From contig CAXXMD010000003.1 of NCBI GenBank assembly GCA_963675755.2, positions 1,728,001-1,792,000 of the forward strand: DNA of 64,000 nucleotides, read 5' to 3'. Under the pieces are notes generated by a model. The model was not told where the DNA came from, did not search any database, and was given only the letters and a program-made list of their open reading frames with translations. Below, piece by piece: positions 58,233-64,000 of the stretch. A program made the position numbers and the translations under genes. The DNA is from a bacterium. GTDB lineage: Bacteria > Zhuqueibacterota > Zhuqueibacteria > Residuimicrobiales > Krinioviventaceae. The number at the start of each line of letters is the position of its first letter. Positions within the stretch are counted from its first letter, which is position 1.

Positions 58233-60788
58233 ATGAATTTTAAATCGATTGTTGTTTTTATCTTTTGCATTGTTTTTTCAATAGCGTGCTTTGCTCAGGA
58301 TGATTTTGATATTCAAGCTTATGAGCAGTATTTGTCTGATAATGTAAATATGTCTGCCCGGGAATTGTTAGATGCCTATCCGTCTCCTTCTACTTATTAT
58401 AGAGAGCTGGGAAGTCAACAACCAGCATCTACCGCACTTTATCTTGATTCTGCCATTGTTAAATATGGATTGACGGCAGATGAGCTGGATTTGTTGAATG
58501 CGAACCATTTTGTTGTAACAGAAAGAAAATCTAAAAGTTCTCAGGGACAAATGTTTTTTGATATTTACAACAATGATTTGCCGGTTTTTCTCTCAACAGA
58601 TGCGATATTAAATTGCCTTCATACCGCGTACGATAATGTTTTGTGGGATATTGAGGCTGTGTTATTGAATCCCATGCTGGGTAGTCTTTTGGTGGCGTTG
58701 TATGAATCTGTTCCAGAGTTGATTGAAAAACATCAAGGGGTTGAGCTGGAAAAAGCATTGGCTGATGTGGATTTGTATGTATCTATGGCACTTTCTCTGT
58801 ATAAAAAGCAAAAAGTTTTACCACAAACCGATTGTATGACAGATTTTGAAAAGATATGGGCGTATATTGAATCTGAGGATGCAGCACAATGGTCATTATT
58901 TTCAGAAAGAGAACGGTTTTTTGATTTTAGTCAATTTACAGTTCGGGGGCATTATGCCGAGCTAAATCCCGAGACCTATGAGACTCTTGATGGTTATTTT
59001 CAAGCCATGATGTGGTTGGGTAGAATTGATTTTTGGCTATCGTCACCTTCTGAAACACCGACTGACAATGCGTGGGAGTGGAGTGATTTACAGCGAATGG
59101 CTCAGGTATCACTACTTTTAAATGAGTTGCTGACCCTTGCGGATGCCTGGTATGAATTAAATCAGATAAATGAAATGATTGGGTTCTTTACAGGTGAGAG
59201 TGATAACCTTACACCACAGGAATTGAAAAATCTTGTCGAGAGTGAGAATGTTACCCTGTCTTCCATCTCGGACAGTGATGGATTTGCTGGTTTTCAGAAC
59301 CGGCTGCTAGAATCGGATGAATTTGGACAAAAGATTTTGTCATCAATTATCAAGATGGACCCGTTCAATACCGAGCCGGGCAAGCTGCCAATTTCTTACA
59401 AGCTCATGGGGCAGCGGTTTGTTATTGATTCTTATGTGCTTGCCAATGTTGTGTTTGATCGCATTGTGTTTAATGGAGATAAAGTTTGGCGGCCAATGCC
59501 TGATCCGCTTGACGCCATGTTTGCGTTGGGTAATGACAATGCTCTGCCGCTGCTTGAACAAGATTTGGAGCAATATCACTATTCTCAAAACCTGGCAGGA
59601 TTAAGATACCTGGTAGATAATTACAATACAGACTTTTGGGAAATGTCTTTATATAATGTCTGGTTGAGTGCAATCCGTACGTTGAATCCAAAAGAGGTTG
59701 AATCGTATCCCTTGTTCATGCAATCCGCGGCATGGCAGCAATTAAAGTTAAATACACAACTGGCATCGTGGGCGCAGTTACGTCACGACAATCTTTTGTA
59801 TGCGAAACAGTCATACACCGGTGGTTCGGGCTGTTCTTTTCCTCATTCGTATATTGAACCGAATCCTGAATTCTTTCATTGTATAGGAGTTTTTGCCAAC
59901 AAGGCTGCTGAATATTTTTCTTTATTTTCAACAGATAATGATTTAATGAGTTCAATCTCCGGGTATTTTGAAAAGCTGGGAGACATTACAGTAAAATTAA
60001 AAGGCCTTGCAGAAAAAGAATTAAACCGAGAACCTTTTTCTGAGGCCGAAATTGAATATTTGCAATGTATGCTTTATTATCCGGGTATATGTGGTGATCC
60101 TGTGCATTTGGGGTGGTATAAGGATTTTTTCTACCGGGAACAGGCAGTATTTGATTCTGAATGCATAATTGCAGATGTTCATACTCAGCCTGAAAATGAA
60201 TATGGACACAAAGTTGGCAGGGTATTGCACGTGGGAACTGCAGCCTTTGATATGGGATTTTTTATTGCTCCTTCACCTTCGAACAATTTTGAACCCATGG
60301 TGTTTGTAGGGCCGGTAATGTCATATTATGAATTAATAACAGACAGGTTTAATAGATTGACTGATTTTGATTGGTGCAGAATTGTGATTGATGATAAACT
60401 GCCTGAAAGACCGGATTGGGTCAATGTCTATCTGGCGGATAAAGAGGGGAAGGGGCGGGATATCGGGCGGACTTTACCCTCTGTTGTGATGACGGATATA
60501 GTAGATAACAATACAAATTCACCGTTTCAATTCAGCCTTGAAGATAATTACCCAAATCCATTTAATCCGTTAACCCGAATTGGATTCACAATGGCGGAAA
60601 AGGGCCATGCAAGGCTGGCAGTTTACGATCTTTTGGGCCGGGAGGTAGAGGTTTTGGTGAATGGTCAACGAAATGCGGGGAAATATGAGGTTGTCTGGAA
60701 TTCCAGGCATCTTCCCAGTGGGGTATATTTTTACAAGTTTGAAACGGAAAGTTGTAAATCGATAAAAAAGATGACACTGGTCAAGTGA
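58233..60788 (+). CDS. DUF3160 protein with T9SS-type-A-like C-terminal sorting domain (paralog 2)
   Basis: GAGGGG RBS before ATG 58233; collinear with paralog 1 and carries the same motifs. Confidence 0.88.
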   Translation: MNFKSIVVFIFCIVFSIACFAQDDFDIQAYEQYLSDNVNMSARELLDAYPSPSTYYRELGSQQPASTALYLDSAIVKYGLTADELDLLNANHFVVTERKSKSSQGQMFFDIYNNDLPVFLSTDAILNCLHTAYDNVLWDIEAVLLNPMLGSLLVALYESVPELIEKHQGVELEKALADVDLYVSMALSLYKKQKVLPQTDCMTDFEKIWAYIESEDAAQWSLFSERERFFDFSQFTVRGHYAELNPETYETLDGYFQAMMWLGRIDFWLSSPSETPTDNAWEWSDLQRMAQVSLLLNELLTLADAWYELNQINEMIGFFTGESDNLTPQELKNLVESENVTLSSISDSDGFAGFQNRLLESDEFGQKILSSIIKMDPFNTEPGKLPISYKLMGQRFVIDSYVLANVVFDRIVFNGDKVWRPMPDPLDAMFALGNDNALPLLEQDLEQYHYSQNLAGLRYLVDNYNTDFWEMSLYNVWLSAIRTLNPKEVESYPLFMQSAAWQQLKLNTQLASWAQLRHDNLLYAKQSYTGGSGCSFPHSYIEPNPEFFHCIGVFANKAAEYFSLFSTDNDLMSSISGYFEKLGDITVKLKGLAEKELNREPFSEAEIEYLQCMLYYPGICGDPVHLGWYKDFFYREQAVFDSECIIADVHTQPENEYGHKVGRVLHVGTAAFDMGFFIAPSPSNNFEPMVFVGPVMSYYELITDRFNRLTDFDWCRIVIDDKLPERPDWVNVYLADKEGKGRDIGRTLPSVVMTDIVDNNTNSPFQFSLEDNYPNPFNPLTRIGFTMAEKGHARLAVYDLLGREVEVLVNGQRNAGKYEVVWNSRHLPSGVYFYKFETESCKSIKKMTLVK

Positions 60789-60801
60789 GCAGACCTCAAT
60801 G

Positions 60802-60837
60802 ATTTCAATAAAGGTCGAACACGGCCTTTATTGAAAT
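60802..60837. terminator. 16-bp stem hairpin after paralog 2
   Basis: ATTTCAATAAAGGTCG-aaca-CGGCCTTTATTGAAAT. Confidence 0.65.
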
Positions 60838-61106
60838 ATTCATTTTTGTAGGATATTTTTATAATTCCTTCAAAATAGTTGTTTTTACACCCACCTTTTG
60901 ATTGCATCAAACAAGACAGCCGTGCTCAAGTCCCTAAAAAACAGCCACTCAATAATTTTGGGTTGGTGGATTTTTATGATATTGCATTTTTTGTTATATA
61001 CAAAAATGTAGTTTATTTATTTTTTTACTCCAATTTTGTAGGTATATATTTGCACGTTTTTGTTGTAAGTACCTATAAAACAATGTGTTGGGCGCATGTG
61101 GTTTTT

Positions 61107-61130
61107 TGGTATGATATTTGACAATATCAT
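61107..61130 (+). promoter_or_regulatory. Sigma54-like -24/-12 element overlapped by an 8-bp inverted repeat, upstream of glnK-amtB
   Basis: TGGTATG-ATAT-TTGA (GG-N10-GA); ATGATATT-tgac-AATATCAT at 61111-61130. Confidence 0.4.
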
Positions 61131-61169
61131 TAAAACTAACTGTTTTTTATCAATTAACGGGAGTATTAA

Positions 61170-61511
61170 ATGAAACTTGTAATTGCTTATATACAGCCCG
61201 AAAAGCTGAATTCTGTAAAACAGGCACTTTATGAACATGAGATTTACAAAATGTCTGTTACGAATGCTTTGGGTTGTGGTCAGCAGATGGGTTATCATGA
61301 AACCTATCGCGGTACGGACATTGAGGTGAATTTGTTGAAAAAAGTTCGTCTTGAAGTGGCTATCAATAATGATTTTTTGGAACCCACAATTGACGCAATT
61401 ATTCAGGGAGCGCGTACCGGAAATATTGGTGATGGAAAGATCTTTGTGCTTTCTCTGGATGATTGTATTCGCATTCGAACCGGAGAGACTGGCCATGATG
61501 CCATCGGGTAA
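61170..61511 (+). CDS. glnK: P-II nitrogen regulator
   Basis: [35 protein letters not shown]; directly upstream of amtB. Confidence 0.95.
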   Translation: MKLVIAYIQPEKLNSVKQALYEHEIYKMSVTNALGCGQQMGYHETYRGTDIEVNLLKKVRLEVAINNDFLEPTIDAIIQGARTGNIGDGKIFVLSLDDCIRIRTGETGHDAIG

Positions 61512-61541
61512 ATATTAATGGATCAGATATTAGGAGGAGTT

Positions 61542-62858
61542 TTGAAAAATTTCAAATTTGGTATTATTGGAGGAGTATTTTTATTCGCTACAAGCTTGTT
61601 TGCCCAGGAAGCAGCTGGTGATGCTGTTTCAGCTAGCGATGTTTTATTTACTGTAAACAATACCTGGATGATGGTTGCCACATTTTTAGTTTTTATAATG
61701 CATTTGGGTTTTGCTACACTTGAAACGGGTTTAACTCGAGCAAAAAACACGGTAAATATTTTATTCAAGAATACATTGATTGTATCCATCGGGTTGCTGA
61801 CCTATACCTTGATGGGTTTCAATTTAATGTATCCTGGTGATGCATGGCTGTTGGGCAAGGTTTTAGGATTTGCCGGCTTTGGCGTTGGCACAGATGCGGC
61901 AGGCTTGACAAGTGCTTATAATCCTGGTTATACCTATTGGACAGATTTCTTGTTTCAGGGAATGTTTGCCGCTACCGCAGCTACTATTGTTTCTGGTGCT
62001 GTTGCAGAACGTATAAAGCTGAACAGTTTTCTTATTTTTTCTATGATTTATATTGCCATTGTTTATCCCATCGTTGGTTCATGGGGATGGGGTGGCGGTT
62101 GGCTCGCTAAGTTGAATTTTCATGATTTTGCAGGTTCTACCTTTGTACATTCTGTTGGCGGATGGGCGGCCCTGGTTGGCGCAATTGTTCTGGGTCCACG
62201 TACCGGCAAGTTTGTAAATGGCCATATTAAACCCATTATGGGCCATAGCATGCCGCTGGCAGCGATTGGTGTTTTTTTGTTGTGGATGGGCTGGTTTGGT
62301 TTTAATGGCGGCTCTGTATTGTCCGCCGATCCCGGTGCTGTATCCTATGTTCTGGTTACTACCTCTCTTGCCGCTTCTGCCGGAATTATTTCTTCGATGA
62401 TCACTTCATGGTCTGTACAAAAGAAACCGGATCTGACTATGGTCTTGAATGGTTCTCTTGCCGGTTTGGTTGGTATTACAGCTGGTGCAGACGTTGTGTC
62501 TATTCCCTCTGCAATTATTATCGGTTTAATTGCCGGTGTTATTGTTGTTTTCTCCGTGCTGGCTGTTGATCATCTAAAAATTGATGATCCTGTTGGTGCT
62601 ATCTCTGTGCATCTGGTTTGTGGTGTTTGGGGAACATTGGCAGTTGGTATTTTTAGTAAGGAATATAGCATTTTAAACCAACTCATTGGTGTATTGGCAG
62701 CAGGTGTTTTATGTACAATAGCCGCATTTGCTATTTTCTCGATTTTAAAAGCAACCCTGGGTATCCGTGTTACTGAGGATGAAGAACTGGGTGGTCTTGA
62801 TATTGGTGAACATGGTATGGAAGCATATAGTGGTTTTCAGATCTTTTCAAACCAGTGA
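61542..62858 (+). CDS. amtB: Ammonium transporter (TTG start after AGGAGGAG; upstream in-frame ATG at 61518)
   Basis: GFA.LE.G..R.KN, FAATA..I.SGAVAER, DFAG..VH, WFGFNGGS, DDPVGA..VH. Confidence 0.97.
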   Translation: MKNFKFGIIGGVFLFATSLFAQEAAGDAVSASDVLFTVNNTWMMVATFLVFIMHLGFATLETGLTRAKNTVNILFKNTLIVSIGLLTYTLMGFNLMYPGDAWLLGKVLGFAGFGVGTDAAGLTSAYNPGYTYWTDFLFQGMFAATAATIVSGAVAERIKLNSFLIFSMIYIAIVYPIVGSWGWGGGWLAKLNFHDFAGSTFVHSVGGWAALVGAIVLGPRTGKFVNGHIKPIMGHSMPLAAIGVFLLWMGWFGFNGGSVLSADPGAVSYVLVTTSLAASAGIISSMITSWSVQKKPDLTMVLNGSLAGLVGITAGADVVSIPSAIIIGLIAGVIVVFSVLAVDHLKIDDPVGAISVHLVCGVWGTLAVGIFSKEYSILNQLIGVLAAGVLCTIAAFAIFSILKATLGIRVTEDEELGGLDIGEHGMEAYSGFQIFSNQ

Positions 62859-62869
62859 TTTTTAAAATG

Positions 62870-62900
62870 TGGCCCGTCTATTTGGCGGGCCATTTTTTTT
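62870..62900 (+). terminator. Intrinsic terminator after amtB, overlapping the 3' end of the convergent PIN gene
   Basis: TGGCCCGTC-tattt-GGCGGGCCA followed by T8. Confidence 0.8.
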
Positions 62901-63372
62901 GTAAATTCAGTGCTATATTGATGATTTTATCAGAGTACCTGCCTATTTTCCCCGTTTTATAAATCAACTTTTCAGCCGTTTTACCATCAAGGATATTTTG
63001 ATATTGCATTAAAGCATATATTGAAACACAGGAAAAGTGTGGAATATTGTTGTTTTTGCAATAGAGCAATATTTTTTTGTCATCGCTCAATACTGCATCA
63101 CAATTTGTAGAGGAGTGCAGGGTAACTACAGCCTTGTCTGTATGAGAAAGGCCATTTATTTTGATTGGGGTTACATCTTTAATATCAATTGTATGGATTC
63201 TTTCAAGTTGTTTTTCATTTATATCGTAAAGAGATTTCTCCTTCAACTCTATGATTACCTGAGATGGGGTACAGAGCTGGTAATGCTGCATTACAAGATT
63301 CAACGTGTCAGATCGGTGCAGCAGCAATAGCGAGCATGTGTCTACTGAAAAGGATTTTATATTTTCCATCAT
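62878..63372 (-). CDS. PIN-domain protein (DUF3368-like)
   Basis: VDTCSL, V..EL, LS.TD, LSDD: acidic residues in PIN spacing. Confidence 0.7.
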   Translation of the reverse strand: MMENIKSFSVDTCSLLLLHRSDTLNLVMQHYQLCTPSQVIIELKEKSLYDINEKQLERIHTIDIKDVTPIKINGLSHTDKAVVTLHSSTNCDAVLSDDKKILLYCKNNNIPHFSCVSIYALMQYQNILDGKTAEKLIYKTGKIGRYSDKIINIALNLQKKWPAK

Positions 63373-63451
63373 ATCTTTTCTTGTTTCTTGTACAGAATTT
63401 CTGTATTATATGAAAAATTTTGATATTTATAAAGTAAATAGGGAGTAGATT

Positions 63452-64000
63452 GTGAAAAGAATAGCAGGTATTTTCATGTTGATTGCAATAAATTTGTGGG
63501 CTGCTGAAAAGCCAACCGTCCAACCCTTGTGGCCAGATGGTGTGCCTATGAAAACAGCAGAACAAACCGCAGAAGAACCCATGATGAGTATCTATTTACC
63601 TGCTCCTGAAAAGAATACAGGAGCCGCAGTTGTTATTTACCCTGGTGGTGGGTATTCAGGATTGGCAACAGACCATGAAGGAAAACAGATTGCCGAATGG
63701 TTGAATGATAACGGTATTGCGGGAATTATCACAACTTATCGCCGCGGCAAGGGGAGTCAACATCCTGTACCGTTGACAGATGCGCAACATGCTATCCGAA
63801 CTGTGCGATATAATGCCGAAAAATGGAATATTGATCCTGACAGAATAGGTGTTATAGGGTTTTCTGCTGGCGGTCATTTGGCTTCTACAACGGGTACTCA
63901 TTTTGATCTGGGTAATCCCGATGCTCAAGATCCAATTGAAAAAATGAGCTGTAGACCCGATTTTATGCTTTTGATTTATCCGGTAATTTCTTTGAATTCC
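63452..64000 (+). CDS. Secreted alpha/beta-hydrolase (BD-FAE/acetyl-xylan-esterase-like), 3'-truncated; absent from the ORF track
   Basis: GGGAG RBS plus GTG; translates MKRIAGIFMLIAINLWA...LWP.G...AVVIYPGGGY..LA.DHEG...D.Q.AIR.VR...GVIGFSAGGHLA...RPDF.LLIYPVIS; open to the window end. Confidence 0.9.
   Translation, partial: MKRIAGIFMLIAINLWAAEKPTVQPLWPDGVPMKTAEQTAEEPMMSIYLPAPEKNTGAAVVIYPGGGYSGLATDHEGKQIAEWLNDNGIAGIITTYRRGKGSQHPVPLTDAQHAIRTVRYNAEKWNIDPDRIGVIGFSAGGHLASTTGTHFDLGNPDAQDPIEKMSCRPDFMLLIYPVISLNS

Noticed and set aside
60879-61121. 80-aa ORF or structured RNA in the region upstream of glnK
   Set aside because: TTG start with no RBS, low-complexity AT-rich sequence and no recognisable riboswitch; more likely promoter DNA.
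860-63928. Numerous 60-190 aa antisense or alternate-frame ORFs in the track (e.g. 7290-7775, 47320-47844, 48498-49079, 53434-53928, 61017-61496, 63656-63928)
   Set aside because: They are shadows of well-supported genes on the other strand or frame, with no recognisable motifs.
1-64000. CRISPR arrays, tRNA/rRNA genes, IS elements, integrases, prophage
   Set aside because: Intergenic regions are short and non-repetitive, and no such ORFs or structures were recognised by eye.

Overview
Gene-dense bacterial chromosomal window with no rRNA, tRNA, CRISPR array, transposase or prophage that I can see. Two proteins carry a C-terminal 'F.L.DNYPNPFNP' T9SS-type-A-like sorting domain, which suggests an FCB-associated lineage such as KSB1, Calditrichota or Ignavibacteriota (inference). 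Housekeeping content: aspS, phoH-pgpH-ybeY-CNNM, ktrBA, hsp20-lon, an ssb-led nucleoside salvage operon (cdd, udk, tdk, nupC, punA) and glnK-amtB. The best candidate for an undescribed system is a three-gene envelope module: an AsmA/YdbH-like bridge protein, a DUF1318/YdbL-like lipoprotein and a secreted 2.8 kaa PD40-TPR protein with one catalytically dead CHAT domain and one intact caspase-like CHAT domain. Other candidates: a translationally coupled ParB-like plus SplB-like radical SAM pair that lacks the SplB Cys/Tyr radical relay; a Csd6/Csd4-like peptidoglycan-trimming cluster next to a coiled-coil lipoprotein/LysM pair; and a SigH/SigR-like sigma factor with its own consensus promoter, followed by a photolyase rather than an anti-sigma. 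Two genes (pgpH, photolyase) are split by single-base homopolymer insertions, probably assembly errors. All family assignments come from motif recognition by eye; no searches were run.
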